Assembly (NCBI GenBank): GCA_028687915.1
Contig: JAQTZF010000001.1
Coordinates: 354,634 to 418,633 of the forward strand
Origin: Candidatus Daviesbacteria bacterium
GTDB lineage: Bacteria; Patescibacteriota; Microgenomatia; Daviesbacterales; UBA10151
DNA: 64,000 bases
Reading direction: 5' to 3'
Shown: positions 28,711 through 39,604 of the stretch, piece by piece
Layout of the letters: every line of letters begins with the position of its first letter
Position numbering within the stretch: the first letter of the stretch is position 1
Notes under the pieces: model-generated
Seen by the model: only the letters and a program-made list of their open reading frames with translations
Databases searched by the model: none
Told to the model about the DNA's origin: nothing
Program-made: the position numbers and the translations under genes

Positions 28711-29665
28711 TAAAATGTTTGATAAGGGTGTTAAAAAAGTTTCCTCAAGAGATGGATTTGGAGAGGGGTTAGTTTTAGCAGGAAAGGATAATGAGAATGT
28801 TGTTGTTTTATCAGCAGATTTAGAAGAATCAACCAGAATAGATAAATTTATCAAAAAATTCCCTAAAAGATTTTTTGAAGTTGGGGTAGCAGAACAAAAT
28901 TTAGTAACAGTAGCATCTGGTTTAGCTGCTGTTGGAAAAATTCCATTTGCTACTTCTTATGCAGTTTTTTCTCCAGGCAGAAACTGGGAACAAATAAGAA
29001 CAACTATTTGTTATAACAATGTTCCGGTGAAAATTATTGGTTCTCACACAGGGATTAGTGTTGGTGCAGATGGTGCTACTCACCAGGCTTTAGAGGATAT
29101 AGCTTTAATGAGGGTTTTACCAAATATGGTAGTGATATCACCATGTGATTCAATTGAAGCTAAAAAAGCCACACAAGCTTTAGCTAAAATAAATAAACCA
29201 TGTTATTTAAGGTTATCCAGAAATGAAACTCCCATAATCACAACAGATAAAACACCTTTTAAAATTGGAAAAGCTGAAGTTTTTCGTGAAGGTACTTCTG
29301 CCACAATTATAGCCACAGGAGAAATGGTTTATTACTCTCTTTTGGCAGCAAAACAATTAGAAGAGAACAATATTAGTGTTCGAGTAATAAATGTACACAC
29401 CATCAAACCATTGGATACAGAATGTGTTCTAAAAGCTGCAGAAGAAACAAGGGCAATTGTTACAGTAGAAGATCATCAAACAGTAGGAGGATTAGGTTCA
29501 GCTATTGCAGAAGTTGTTTCTCAAAGATATCCAGTTCCAATTAAGATGATTGGAATAAATGATACTTTTGGAGAATCAGGAACCCCAGAGCAGTTAATGG
29601 AAAAATATGGTTTAACTGTAGAAAATATTATAAAAGCAGTTACCACAGTTATTAGAATGAAATAA
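28697..29665 (+). CDS. transketolase C-terminal subunit
   Basis: GVAEQN, DGATHQ, TIKPLD, EDH. Confidence 0.93.
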   Translation: MNLNNKMFDKGVKKVSSRDGFGEGLVLAGKDNENVVVLSADLEESTRIDKFIKKFPKRFFEVGVAEQNLVTVASGLAAVGKIPFATSYAVFSPGRNWEQIRTTICYNNVPVKIIGSHTGISVGADGATHQALEDIALMRVLPNMVVISPCDSIEAKKATQALAKINKPCYLRLSRNETPIITTDKTPFKIGKAEVFREGTSATIIATGEMVYYSLLAAKQLEENNISVRVINVHTIKPLDTECVLKAAEETRAIVTVEDHQTVGGLGSAIAEVVSQRYPVPIKMIGINDTFGESGTPEQLMEKYGLTVENIIKAVTTVIRMK

Positions 29666-29684
29666 ATTTTGTTATACTTCCTTT

Positions 29685-30656
29685 ATGGAAAAACAAACTC
29701 CGGCTGGCAGATTAAATTACACTGGCAATCTTGAACCAGTGGTGAATAGATTATGCCAAGCGTATCAGGTTAGTAAGGCAACAGATTTTTCTGTAATCGA
29801 AATAGGTTATGAAGATTGTAATGTTTTTATTGGAACTTCCGAGAAGAAATATGTAGCTAAGATTTTTTCAAAAGCGAGAAGCTCTGAAGATATCACTCGT
29901 TATAGTGACATTATGGAAAGAGTTGTAGGAGCAGGAGTAAATCATCCAGCACTCTTAAAAACAAGTGAAGGCGGAATAGTTTATACAGATGATCAAGCTG
30001 ATGGGATATCAATGGTATTAATGCAATTTATTGAAGGCAAATCCTTTATGGATCTAGGAAGAACACCCGATCAGCAAGAGTTACAGTCAGTAATTGAGCA
30101 GGCTTCTATAGTGAATAGTATTGATTACCACCCGCCATTTATATTTGATTCTTGGGCAATTCCTAATATTTATAAAATGTTTGAAAAAGTTGGTCGATTT
30201 GTTCAAGCTGATGACCTGAAACTTGTAAAACAAGTTATTTCTCAATATGAGCAGATTCCAACTCCTAAACTTCCTCATGCTTTTGTTCATGGAGATTTTA
30301 CAAAAGCAAATGTATTAAAAGGTGACGATGGAAAAATTTATATTTTAGATTTTTCCGTAGCTAATTGGTATCCGAGAATTCAAGAATTAGCGGTAATTTC
30401 AGCTAACTTAATGCATAATGAGTCTAATGAAGGCTCGCTTAAAAATAGATGTGACTTAATTGCAGAACTGTACAGTAAGTTTGCTCCTTTAACCCAAGAA
30501 GAAAGAAAATATCTACATCCATATGCTTTAGCAGGAGTTGCAATGGAGCTTATGGGAGCGTATCAGGAAAAATATATCAATGGTAATGATACCGAGGAAA
30601 CTGAATTTTGGTTAAATCTTGGACGAAATGGGTTAAGAAAAGAACTCGAGAGTTAA
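29685..30656 (+). CDS. APH/homoserine-kinase-type-II-like phosphotransferase
   Basis: VAKIF, HGDFTKAN, ILDF. Confidence 0.85.
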   Translation: MEKQTPAGRLNYTGNLEPVVNRLCQAYQVSKATDFSVIEIGYEDCNVFIGTSEKKYVAKIFSKARSSEDITRYSDIMERVVGAGVNHPALLKTSEGGIVYTDDQADGISMVLMQFIEGKSFMDLGRTPDQQELQSVIEQASIVNSIDYHPPFIFDSWAIPNIYKMFEKVGRFVQADDLKLVKQVISQYEQIPTPKLPHAFVHGDFTKANVLKGDDGKIYILDFSVANWYPRIQELAVISANLMHNESNEGSLKNRCDLIAELYSKFAPLTQEERKYLHPYALAGVAMELMGAYQEKYINGNDTEETEFWLNLGRNGLRKELES

Positions 30657-30685
30657 CTGTTGCCTCAATGTCTATATAGTACCTC

Positions 30686-31378
30686 ATGAAGAAATATCAA
30701 ATTAGCGAAACAGGGAAACACAATAAAAAAGTGGTTTTTCTTCTAGAAGGATGGCATAGCAAGTTATGGATGTACTGGTTATTTTCAAGAATACTTTCAT
30801 TGAGGGGTTATTACTGTATTACATATGCTTATGATAGCGAAATATTTTCTCCAGACACACAAAAAACAGTTAAGTATTTAAATATAATTCAAAATGATAT
30901 TTTATTAAGATTAAAAACATTAAAAAATGAAGGCTATGTCGAATTTAATATTTTAGGAACAAGCCTAGGTTCAATGTTAGCATTGATGGTAGCAGATAAA
31001 TCTCCTGATATTTCCAAAGTTATTCTTAACACCATTGGTATTGATATTTCAGAAACAGTGTGGGGTTGGAATAAAATATATCCTGGATTTAAGGAGGAAT
31101 TAATTCGACAAAATTTCACACCAGATAAGCTAAAAAAGGTGTGGAAGTCAATTACTCCTGTTAATAATATTAGTAATCTGAAAAACAAGAAAATATTAGT
31201 TTATTTATCCAAAAAGGACGAGGTAATTCCTTATGATTTGGGTATGAGTTTAGTAGAAGAATTTAAAAAAAGAAATTATAAATACAGTTTGAAAGTAAAT
31301 AATTACTTAAAACATTTTTATGCAGGTTTTTACAATTTAATGAATGCAAAATATTATTTAAAATTTCTTGCTGATTAA
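30686..31378 (+). CDS. alpha/beta hydrolase
   Basis: GTSLG nucleophile elbow, DEVIP, C-terminal His. Confidence 0.8.
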   Translation: MKKYQISETGKHNKKVVFLLEGWHSKLWMYWLFSRILSLRGYYCITYAYDSEIFSPDTQKTVKYLNIIQNDILLRLKTLKNEGYVEFNILGTSLGSMLALMVADKSPDISKVILNTIGIDISETVWGWNKIYPGFKEELIRQNFTPDKLKKVWKSITPVNNISNLKNKKILVYLSKKDEVIPYDLGMSLVEEFKKRNYKYSLKVNNYLKHFYAGFYNLMNAKYYLKFLAD

Positions 31379-31905
31379 AAATATTGCTCTAATTCTAGGA
31401 TTTGTTTGATATTAAATTCATCTGTAAAATGGCCGGCGTCTTTAATTAGAATAAATTCGCCATTTAATCTTTTACTCATTTGCTCTACTGTAAAAGCTGT
31501 TATATATGGATCATTATCAGAGGAGATGCAATAAATTTTCTGAGTGTTTTCAATTACTTTTTGGTGATCAATTGCATCCGGCCAGAATAACCGATGGTTT
31601 GGAAATAAATCATTAAAATCCCAGCCAGCAATTAAAAATAATTTTCCTAGTTTATGTTTTTCTGTTAGGCGCATAGCCAGTAAGCACCCAATACTATGCC
31701 CAACGATGATTGTTTCCTCATCAAGGGGCAAGTTTTTTTCAATAAACTTAAGCTGCTCAGACATATCAGGTAAATCTGTGTGCATAGTAGGAAGATCCGG
31801 CAGGTAAACTTCATAACCTTTTTCTTCTAAAGTTTTCTTTAACCATGGGTAGAAGCTACTTGTAGTTTTTTGATACCAACCTTGTAAGATAAGTGCTTTT
31901 TTCAT
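31375..31905 (-). CDS. RBBP9/YdeN family serine hydrolase
   Basis: GHSIG, SDNDPY, AGHF. Confidence 0.88.
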   Translation of the reverse strand: MKKALILQGWYQKTTSSFYPWLKKTLEEKGYEVYLPDLPTMHTDLPDMSEQLKFIEKNLPLDEETIIVGHSIGCLLAMRLTEKHKLGKLFLIAGWDFNDLFPNHRLFWPDAIDHQKVIENTQKIYCISSDNDPYITAFTVEQMSKRLNGEFILIKDAGHFTDEFNIKQILELEQYF

Positions 31906-31914
31906 TTTGCAGGT

Positions 31915-32826
31915 TTAAATAACAATATTGATAGGTGTGCCTTTTATCCAATTTTCCACATTATCAATCATAATATCATTGGCTTTTCTGGCTGTGGCTT
32001 CTGTGTTGTAAGCTACATGAGGAGTGGTTACTACTTTAGGGTGGCTTACTAATTTTAAGTAATAAGGATTATCTGCTTCTGCTACTGGCATACCAGCAGA
32101 ATCATCAGCAGCTCCAGCTAAAATTCCTTTATCCAAAGCTTCAAACATAGCATCAATATCATAAACAGAAGAGGCTGTGATGGTAATAAAATAAGAACCT
32201 TTTTTCAAAGAATTAAAGAAACTAGTATCAAGCAAATTTTTAGTTGATCCTTCCGCTTTTAAGCAACTTACTACTACATCAGCATCTTTTACTTTTTTAA
32301 GTAAATCATCGCCTCTTTGAAAATAAGTTACATTCATGCTTAGCGCCTCACAAATTTTTCCAACAGTTGAGCCAATATTTCCTTTACCTAAAATAGTAAT
32401 ATTTTTACCAGCTAGACCTGGAGAGGTTTTAAAGATTTTTTCTTTTGGAGTATTAGTTATTCTAATCAGATGATCAAAGTTTCTCATTAAATAAATCATC
32501 ATGCCAATAATCCATTCTGAAACAGCTTCTTTATTGCACCCCGGGCTATTGGATAATGAATTTCCACCTGCCTTTAGTCTTGGTAGATCTAGCCAGGCAG
32601 TACCAACCATAGGAAGAGAAAAGTATTTATTTTTTAATTCATAACTTTTTGTTTCCATACCCACTTCACCAGTACAGATAATATCAGCATCTTTACATCT
32701 TTCTAGCCACTGCTCTGGGGTAGGGATGTCTTCATAAAAGGTTGTTTCTCCTAAGGATTTTAACCTTTTAATTTGGTCAGGGTAGAAAGCCATGTCTTGT
32801 GGCACAACAATTTTCATCTTATGCAT
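31915..32826 (-). CDS. D-2-hydroxyacid dehydrogenase family protein
   Basis: AVSEW, GKGNIG, TPHVAY. Confidence 0.85.
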   Translation of the reverse strand: MHKMKIVVPQDMAFYPDQIKRLKSLGETTFYEDIPTPEQWLERCKDADIICTGEVGMETKSYELKNKYFSLPMVGTAWLDLPRLKAGGNSLSNSPGCNKEAVSEWIIGMMIYLMRNFDHLIRITNTPKEKIFKTSPGLAGKNITILGKGNIGSTVGKICEALSMNVTYFQRGDDLLKKVKDADVVVSCLKAEGSTKNLLDTSFFNSLKKGSYFITITASSVYDIDAMFEALDKGILAGAADDSAGMPVAEADNPYYLKLVSHPKVVTTPHVAYNTEATARKANDIMIDNVENWIKGTPINIVI

Positions 32827-32902
32827 AGGATATCATATTTTATATTTAACTATAAGATTAACTTTTACCTACTAGACAAGTGGTTTTTTATTGTTGTATT
32901 AT

Positions 32903-32919
32903 ATCCCCTACGGGGGGAT
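32903..32919. promoter_or_regulatory. CsoR-type operator (C-tract/G-tract palindrome)
   Basis: ATCCCC-TACGG-GGGGAT immediately upstream of csoR. Confidence 0.7.
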
Positions 32920-32929
32920 TTTAGAGAAA

Positions 32930-33202
32930 ATGACTTACAGACCAAAAGATACACAGGAAAGAATATTGCATAGGCTAAAGATTGCTAATGGACACTTAAC
33001 AAAAGTTATTTCTATGATGGAAAATCACGAATACTGTGTGGATATTATTCACCAGTCACAAGCCATCCAATGTGCTTTAAAAGAAGTAGATAATTTAATT
33101 TTAGAAAACCATCTTAAAACTTGTGTTGCTGACTCCATTAAAAATGGTAGGGAAGAAGAAGCAATTGCTGAAGTAATGAACGTTTTTCGTAAAAAGGATT
33201 AA
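32930..33202 (+). CDS. csoR: CsoR family copper-sensing repressor
   Basis: RLKIANGH...YCVDI...NHLKTCV (C-H-C ligands); ATG 32930. Confidence 0.9.
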   Translation: MTYRPKDTQERILHRLKIANGHLTKVISMMENHEYCVDIIHQSQAIQCALKEVDNLILENHLKTCVADSIKNGREEEAIAEVMNVFRKKD

Positions 33203-33211
33203 TATATAAAT

Positions 33212-33565
33212 ATGGATAAAATTATTGTAACTATTTTTGGATTTTTAGGAATAATTTTTGTTTATTGGTTTTTTTTGATGAAAAAAAGTGAAGAAGTTAA
33301 AGCTGAAAATTCTGTAGACATTACTGTTAATGGAGGTTATTCACCAGAGGTAATTTCTATTCCAAAAGATAGAACTACAAAGATTAATTTTACCCGCACG
33401 GATCCTACAGATTGTTTATCAGAAGTAGTTTTAGGAGATTTTAAAATTCGCCGTGAACTTCCTTTAAATCAAAAAGTTACAGTAGAGATTACACCTACAA
33501 AATCTGGTGAGTTTGATTATTCTTGTGGTATGGGAATGTACCATGGAAAGATTGTGGTGAAATAA
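33212..33565 (+). CDS. membrane-anchored cupredoxin (CupA-like copper chaperone)
   Basis: N-terminal TM, GGYSP, C...CGMGMY. Confidence 0.87.
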   Translation: MDKIIVTIFGFLGIIFVYWFFLMKKSEEVKAENSVDITVNGGYSPEVISIPKDRTTKINFTRTDPTDCLSEVVLGDFKIRRELPLNQKVTVEITPTKSGEFDYSCGMGMYHGKIVVK

Positions 33566-35796
33566 TGGAAACTAAAAAGACTTATTCATTAAAAGGTATG
33601 CATTGTGCTTCTTGTGTAAGAGTAATTGAAAAAGCTTTGAGTAAAGTTGATGGAGTACTGGAGGCTAATGTTAATTTGGCTACAGAAACAGCCAGTGTGA
33701 CTTTTGATTCTCAAAAAGTCTCAGAGGAAAAATTATCTTCTGCTGTTTCTCAGGTGGGTTATCAGATAATTACTGATAAGCAAGTAAAATCTGAAGACGA
33801 ACAACAACTAGAAAAGAAAAAAGAAGTTAATAATTTAAGAAATAAAGCTGCCTTTAGTTTATTTTTAGGATCTTTGATTGTCTGGGGATCTTTCCCAGGG
33901 CTTATGAATTTCTCTCCCCTATTTTTACAAAACTTTTATGTTCAAATGATACTCGCTATTCCAGTTCAATTTTGGGCAGGATTACAATTTTATAAAGCTA
34001 CAATTCCAGCCCTAAAACATAGGACTGCTAATATGGATACTTTGATTACAATTGGTACAACAGCTGCATTTATTTATTCAGTAGTGGTAACTATTTTCCC
34101 TCAGTTAGTGGAGAGTGTTGGTATTGAACCGATGCCTTACTTTGATGTGGCAGCTATTGTGATTGGTTTGATTTTACTTGGTAGGTATTTTGAAGCTAAA
34201 GCTAAAGCTGGGACATCTGAGGCAATAAAAAAATTAATTGGTTTGCAGGCAAAAACCGCTCGAATTGTTAAAAATGGTAAAGATATTGATGTTCCAATTG
34301 AACAAGTGGCTATTGGCAATATCATTCGGGTAAGACCTGGTGAAAAAATTCCTGTTGATGGAGAAGTTACAGAAGGAGAATCATCTATTGATGAGTCAAT
34401 GATTTCTGGGGAAAGTATTCCAGTGGATAAACAAAAGGGAGACTTAGTAATTGGAGGAACTATTAATAAAGCTGGAACATTAATGTATAAAGCTACCAAG
34501 GTTGGATCAGATACAATGTTATCTCAGATTATTAAATTGGTGAGTGAAGCTCAAGGCAGTAAAGCTCCTATCCAAAGAATTGCTGATTTAATTTCTGCAT
34601 ACTTTGTGCCAATTGTAATTATGCTAGCGTTAGCTACTTTTGTAATTTGGTTTGATTTTGGTCCTCAGCCAGCGTTTATTTTTGCCCTGTTAAATACAGT
34701 TGCTGTTTTAATTATTGCCTGTCCTTGTGCAATGGGATTGGCTACACCAACGGCCATTATGGTAGGTGTTGGATTAGGGGCTGAAAATGGAATCTTAATT
34801 AAAGATGCTGAAAGCCTGGAAACAGCACACAAGATTCAAACAATTATTTTTGATAAAACAGGGACTTTAACAGAAGGTAAACCAATTGTGACAGATATTA
34901 TAGTAAGCCAAAAATCAAAAGTTAAAAGTCAAAATTTATTGCAGTTGGCTGCATCGATTGAAAAAGGGTCTGAACATTCTTTGGCTGATGCAATTGTTCA
35001 AAAAGCAGAGGAAGAGAAACTTATATTAGATAAAGTAGTTAGTTTTAAAGCAGTTCCAGGCCATGGTGTGGAAGGAATTGTTGGTAAAATTAAAATCTTT
35101 TTAGGAAATAGAAAACTAATGGATAGGGAAAAGATTTCGATTGAAGAATTAAGATCTAAGATTGAAGAATTGGAAAGTAATGGAAAAACGGTAATGATAA
35201 TTGGATTAGATGGAAAGGTGGCCGGGCTTATTGCGGTTGCTGATACATTAAAAGCTTCTTCTAAAGAAGCTGTTGCTAAGTTAAACAGCATGGGTATTGA
35301 GACAGTCATGATCACAGGTGATAATGAAAGAACTGCCAAGGCTATTGCTAAGCAAGCTGGAATTACCAGGATTTTGGCAGAAGTCTTACCTGATGGTAAA
35401 GAAAAAGAAGTAAGAAAGATTCAAAGTGAAGGCAAAGTTGTAGCTATGGTAGGTGATGGGATAAATGATGCTCCGGCGTTAGCTGCTGCAGATGTTGGTA
35501 TTGCTATGGGAACAGGAACAGATGTAGCTATTGAAGCAGCAGATATTACTTTAATAAGTAAAGATTTAAAGGCTGTAGCTTCTGCTATTGTTCTTTCTAA
35601 AAAAACCATGAAGACGATAAAGATGAATTTGTTTTGGGCTTTCGGGTATAATGTCATCCTGATACCTGTAGCTATGGGGGTGCTTTATCCAATTTGGGGT
35701 ATTTTACTTAACCCTGTATTTGCATCAGCAGCTATGGCTATGAGTTCAGTTTCTGTAGTTAGTAACTCGTTATTATTAAAAAGGATCAAAATTTAA
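33565..35796 (+). CDS. copA: Cu(+)-translocating P1B-type ATPase
   Basis: GMHCASC, CPCAMG, DKTGT, GDGIND, YN, MAMSS; ATG 33565. Confidence 0.95.
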   Translation: METKKTYSLKGMHCASCVRVIEKALSKVDGVLEANVNLATETASVTFDSQKVSEEKLSSAVSQVGYQIITDKQVKSEDEQQLEKKKEVNNLRNKAAFSLFLGSLIVWGSFPGLMNFSPLFLQNFYVQMILAIPVQFWAGLQFYKATIPALKHRTANMDTLITIGTTAAFIYSVVVTIFPQLVESVGIEPMPYFDVAAIVIGLILLGRYFEAKAKAGTSEAIKKLIGLQAKTARIVKNGKDIDVPIEQVAIGNIIRVRPGEKIPVDGEVTEGESSIDESMISGESIPVDKQKGDLVIGGTINKAGTLMYKATKVGSDTMLSQIIKLVSEAQGSKAPIQRIADLISAYFVPIVIMLALATFVIWFDFGPQPAFIFALLNTVAVLIIACPCAMGLATPTAIMVGVGLGAENGILIKDAESLETAHKIQTIIFDKTGTLTEGKPIVTDIIVSQKSKVKSQNLLQLAASIEKGSEHSLADAIVQKAEEEKLILDKVVSFKAVPGHGVEGIVGKIKIFLGNRKLMDREKISIEELRSKIEELESNGKTVMIIGLDGKVAGLIAVADTLKASSKEAVAKLNSMGIETVMITGDNERTAKAIAKQAGITRILAEVLPDGKEKEVRKIQSEGKVVAMVGDGINDAPALAAADVGIAMGTGTDVAIEAADITLISKDLKAVASAIVLSKKTMKTIKMNLFWAFGYNVILIPVAMGVLYPIWGILLNPVFASAAMAMSSVSVVSNSLLLKRIKI

Positions 35797-35804
35797 TCAA
35801 AATT

Positions 35805-36797
35805 ATGGATTTATTTACTATATTTTTTATTGGTTTAACAGCAGGAGGATTTGGTTGTGTAGCCTTACAAGGAGGTCTATTAACTTCGGCTATTGCTTCC
35901 CGTAGTGAGACTAAAGGTTCAGAAAAAAGTGATTTTATTCCAACCCTGGCATTTTTAGCTGCTAAATTAGTTGTTTATGCTTTATTTGGTGCTATTTTAG
36001 GATTATTTGGTTCAGCTCTATCAATTTCAGATTCATTGCGTATTGTTTTACAAATTGTGGCAGGACTATACATGATAATAATTGGTTTAAGCCTTTTGAA
36101 TGTTCATCCGTTTTTTCGCTATTTTATTATTCAGCCACCTCGTTTTGTAGCCAGATTGGTAAAAAATCAATCTAAAAGTGCTGATATTTTTGCTCCCGCA
36201 ATACTTGGTGCTATGACTATCTTCATTCCCTGTGGAACAACTTTGGCAATGGAAGCTTTAGCCATTTCATCAGGAAGCGCAATTAATGGAGCTCTGATTT
36301 TAAGTGCCTTTGTTTTAGGGACATCTCCAATCTTTTTTGGTCTTGGTATAATTACTGCCAAACTTTCTGATAATTTTAGACAAACATTTTTTAAGTTAGC
36401 TGCTATTATTATCATTTTTATAGGAGCTTCAACTGTTTATAGTTCTTGGGGCTTGGCTGGTTTACCAACTTTAAGTTGGGGATCAGATGAACAAAGTGGA
36501 CAAACTCAACAAGTGAGTAACGAGGCCACAAAACAGGATTACAAAATTGAAATATTAAATGGTGGATATGAACCAGGTTATATCAGGGTCAAAAAAGGTT
36601 TACCAGTTAAACTAACTCTTGTATCAAACAATGTTTATAGTTGTGCATTGGCTTTTCGGATTTCGGCTTTTAATATATCTATAAACCTGAAACCAACAGA
36701 TTCACAGGTAGTTGAGTTTACTCCTACTAAAACAGGAACATTTGCCTACACTTGTTCTATGGGAATGTATAGAGGAGTGATTGAGGTGGTGGAATGA
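35805..36797 (+). CDS. DsbD_2/TauE-like membrane protein with C-terminal cupredoxin domain
   Basis: GCVALQGG, FIPCG, C-terminal CSMGMY. Confidence 0.8.
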   Translation: MDLFTIFFIGLTAGGFGCVALQGGLLTSAIASRSETKGSEKSDFIPTLAFLAAKLVVYALFGAILGLFGSALSISDSLRIVLQIVAGLYMIIIGLSLLNVHPFFRYFIIQPPRFVARLVKNQSKSADIFAPAILGAMTIFIPCGTTLAMEALAISSGSAINGALILSAFVLGTSPIFFGLGIITAKLSDNFRQTFFKLAAIIIIFIGASTVYSSWGLAGLPTLSWGSDEQSGQTQQVSNEATKQDYKIEILNGGYEPGYIRVKKGLPVKLTLVSNNVYSCALAFRISAFNISINLKPTDSQVVEFTPTKTGTFAYTCSMGMYRGVIEVVE

Positions 36798-37012
36798 TAA
36801 AAAAGAAATTTAAAATTGAGGGTATGCACTGTACCTCTTGTGCTATGTCTATAGATATGGATTTAGAGGATTTAGAAGGTGTAGTTAATTGTAAAACCTC
36901 TTATGCTAAAGGTGAAACGGAGTGTGAATTTGATTCAAATAAAGTTTCAGAAGAAAAAATATTAGAAACTATCAAAAAATCTGGCTATAACGCTTCTTCT
37001 AAAGTAAATTAA
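36794..37012 (+). CDS. copZ: CopZ-like heavy-metal-associated chaperone
   Basis: GMHCTSC HMA motif. Confidence 0.88.
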   Translation: MIKKKFKIEGMHCTSCAMSIDMDLEDLEGVVNCKTSYAKGETECEFDSNKVSEEKILETIKKSGYNASSKVN

Positions 37013-37112
37013 TTTAACTCGTCTGTTAGTGATAGACTCGTTAAATATCTTGAACCCAAAATTTATGATTTAAAGTTGTACATTAAAGTGTTTTGGGTAT
37101 AGACTAATAATA

Positions 37113-38093
37113 ATGTTTGATTTAATTTCTCTTGGTGATGGTGCTGTAGATCATTTTTTTAAGATTTCTGATGCTCATGTTGAGGAAGAAAAAAGTGGAG
37201 ATGAATTATGTTTAACACTTGGAACTAAACTACCTGTAGAAACATATCAGCAAATTTTAGGAGGGAATAATGCTAATAATGCTGTGGGAGCTACCAGGTT
37301 GGGACTAAAAACAGCAATATATTTAAATATTGGAGAAGATTTAGCAGGGCAATTTACTTTATCTAAATTAAAAGAAGAGGGTGTAGATAGCAGATATGTA
37401 GTAAAAAATAAGGGTTTGGATTCTAATGTATCTGCTTTAATCAGCTTTAAAGGAGAAAGGACTATTCTAACTTACCATCAGGATTTTAAGTATGAATTAC
37501 CAGATTTGGATAAAGCACGTTGGGTTTATTTAAGTTCTATGGGAAAATCTGCCCAAAATAGTCATTTTATGGGACAGATTGAAAACTATCTGGAAAGAAC
37601 ATCTGGTTTGTTATTCTATAATCCCGGAACAATGGAATTATCAAGGGGCTTAACTAAGTTTCCTAAGCTTTTATCTTTAACAAAAGTTTTAATTTTAAAT
37701 CTGCAGGAAGCAGAACTTGTTTTAAATATTAAACCTGAGGAGAAAAAGGATATAAAACATATACTAAAAAGCCTTGTTAATTTGGGTCCCAGGATGGCAG
37801 TTGTAACTGATGGAGTGGAAGGGTCCTATGGATATGATGGAGAAGATTATTGGAAATTAGGAATCTTTCCTGCTAAGTTAATCGATATGACTGGTGCCGG
37901 AGATTCGTATGCCACAGGTCTTTTGGCGGGCATATTTTACAATAATAATTTATCTGAGGCAATGAGGTGGGGAGCTGCAAATGGAGCCTCTGTGGTGGAG
38001 AAAATTGGTCCTCAGGCAGGATTGCTTAGTTATCAACAAATCCAAGAAAAATTAAAAGAACATAGTAAAATAACTGCTCAAAAATTAAGTTAA
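37113..38093 (+). CDS. PfkB family carbohydrate kinase
   Basis: GGNNANNAVG, DMTGAGDSY. Confidence 0.9.
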   Translation: MFDLISLGDGAVDHFFKISDAHVEEEKSGDELCLTLGTKLPVETYQQILGGNNANNAVGATRLGLKTAIYLNIGEDLAGQFTLSKLKEEGVDSRYVVKNKGLDSNVSALISFKGERTILTYHQDFKYELPDLDKARWVYLSSMGKSAQNSHFMGQIENYLERTSGLLFYNPGTMELSRGLTKFPKLLSLTKVLILNLQEAELVLNIKPEEKKDIKHILKSLVNLGPRMAVVTDGVEGSYGYDGEDYWKLGIFPAKLIDMTGAGDSYATGLLAGIFYNNNLSEAMRWGAANGASVVEKIGPQAGLLSYQQIQEKLKEHSKITAQKLS

Positions 38094-38136
38094 CCGTCTT
38101 TTATTTTTTTCACTACAGTAGTATAGTTCCTACTAC

Positions 38137-39603
38137 ATGGATTCTTTTGATTTAGTAATTTTTGGTATCACAGGAAATTTAGCCCAGATAAAATTAATCC
38201 CTGTCCTTTATGACATGGTGGAAAAAGATATTCTACCTGAATCAGTACAAATTGTTGGTACTGCCAGGTCTCCAATGACTCAGGAAGAATTTGAAAGCTA
38301 TTTTCATAAAGTATTACATCAGGACAATAGACATCATAAACATGATGTTCATGAAGCAGTTTTAAAAAAACTTTTTTCAAAGTTACATTATTTGCCAGGA
38401 AACTTAGATGACCCAAGCTTTTATCGAAATATTAAAGACTATCTTAAAAAAATTCACAAAGGTGAGGGTAAACAAAATCTAGTTTTTTATCTGGCAACTT
38501 ATCCTCAGCTTTATCAGAGTATTTTTGATAATCTCAAAAAAATTGGACTTAGTGACCAAGAAAAAAGATGGGTTCGTTTGATTATAGAAAAGCCCATTGG
38601 TTTAGATTTACCATCAGCTAAGAAACTAAATAAATTATTGCTTAAATATTTTCATGAAAATCAAATATTTAGATTAGATCATTATTTAGGCAAAGAAACA
38701 CTTCAAAATATTTTAACTTTTAGATTTGGTAATGGAATTTTTGAGCCAATGATGAATAAAAAATATATTGATCATATTCAGGTTTCTGCTCTGGAGGATT
38801 TTGGAATTGGTAAAAGGGGTGGCTATTATGATTCTGTAGGGGCATTAAAAGATGTGGGGCAAAATCATTTATTACAAATGTTAACTATTCCTTGTATGGA
38901 TCCACCAAAAGAATTTTTACATACAGAGGTAGTAAAGGAACGTCAAAAAATTATTAAGAAATTAATTTCTTATCCAAAAAGTTTAATTTTGGGCCAATAT
39001 GAGGGATATCAAAAAGAAGAAAACGTTGCACCTGACTCTGTAACAGATACATATTTTGCTTTTAAAACAGAAATAAATAATACCAGATTTAAAGGAGTTC
39101 CTATTTATATAAGAGGAGGTAAAAGTTTAAAACAAACAGCTACAGAAATTTCTATAGTTTTTAAAAACCCTACCAACAGACTATTCAAGAATTTAGATGG
39201 AGGAAAAGCACCAAATGTTTTGGTTTATCGTATCCAACCAAATGAAGGAATCATGCTACAAATTTTAACTAAAAAACCGGATCACGGAACAGCACTGAAC
39301 CATTCATTTATGCAATATTGTTATCCTCAAAACTTTCCTCAACATACATTTCCGGATGCATACGAAAAGTTAATAGTTGATGCAATTCGAGGTGATCAAA
39401 CGTATTTTAATAATGCAGCAGAGGTGGAATCTGAATGGAAATACATTGATGAATTTACAGCAAAACTTCCAGAACCTTGTCTTTATAAACCAGGATCATG
39501 GGGACCTAAAGAAGCTGATGAATTAATAGAAAAAGATGGAAGAAAATGGCTTGAGCCTTCAAATCAACTTTGTAGTTTTACTACAATTTCTTCATTAAAA
39601 TAA
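38137..39603 (+). CDS. zwf: glucose-6-phosphate 1-dehydrogenase
   Basis: GITGNLA, EKPIG, RLDHYLGKE, QNHLLQ. Confidence 0.95.
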   Translation: MDSFDLVIFGITGNLAQIKLIPVLYDMVEKDILPESVQIVGTARSPMTQEEFESYFHKVLHQDNRHHKHDVHEAVLKKLFSKLHYLPGNLDDPSFYRNIKDYLKKIHKGEGKQNLVFYLATYPQLYQSIFDNLKKIGLSDQEKRWVRLIIEKPIGLDLPSAKKLNKLLLKYFHENQIFRLDHYLGKETLQNILTFRFGNGIFEPMMNKKYIDHIQVSALEDFGIGKRGGYYDSVGALKDVGQNHLLQMLTIPCMDPPKEFLHTEVVKERQKIIKKLISYPKSLILGQYEGYQKEENVAPDSVTDTYFAFKTEINNTRFKGVPIYIRGGKSLKQTATEISIVFKNPTNRLFKNLDGGKAPNVLVYRIQPNEGIMLQILTKKPDHGTALNHSFMQYCYPQNFPQHTFPDAYEKLIVDAIRGDQTYFNNAAEVESEWKYIDEFTAKLPEPCLYKPGSWGPKEADELIEKDGRKWLEPSNQLCSFTTISSLK

Positions 39604-39604
39604 G

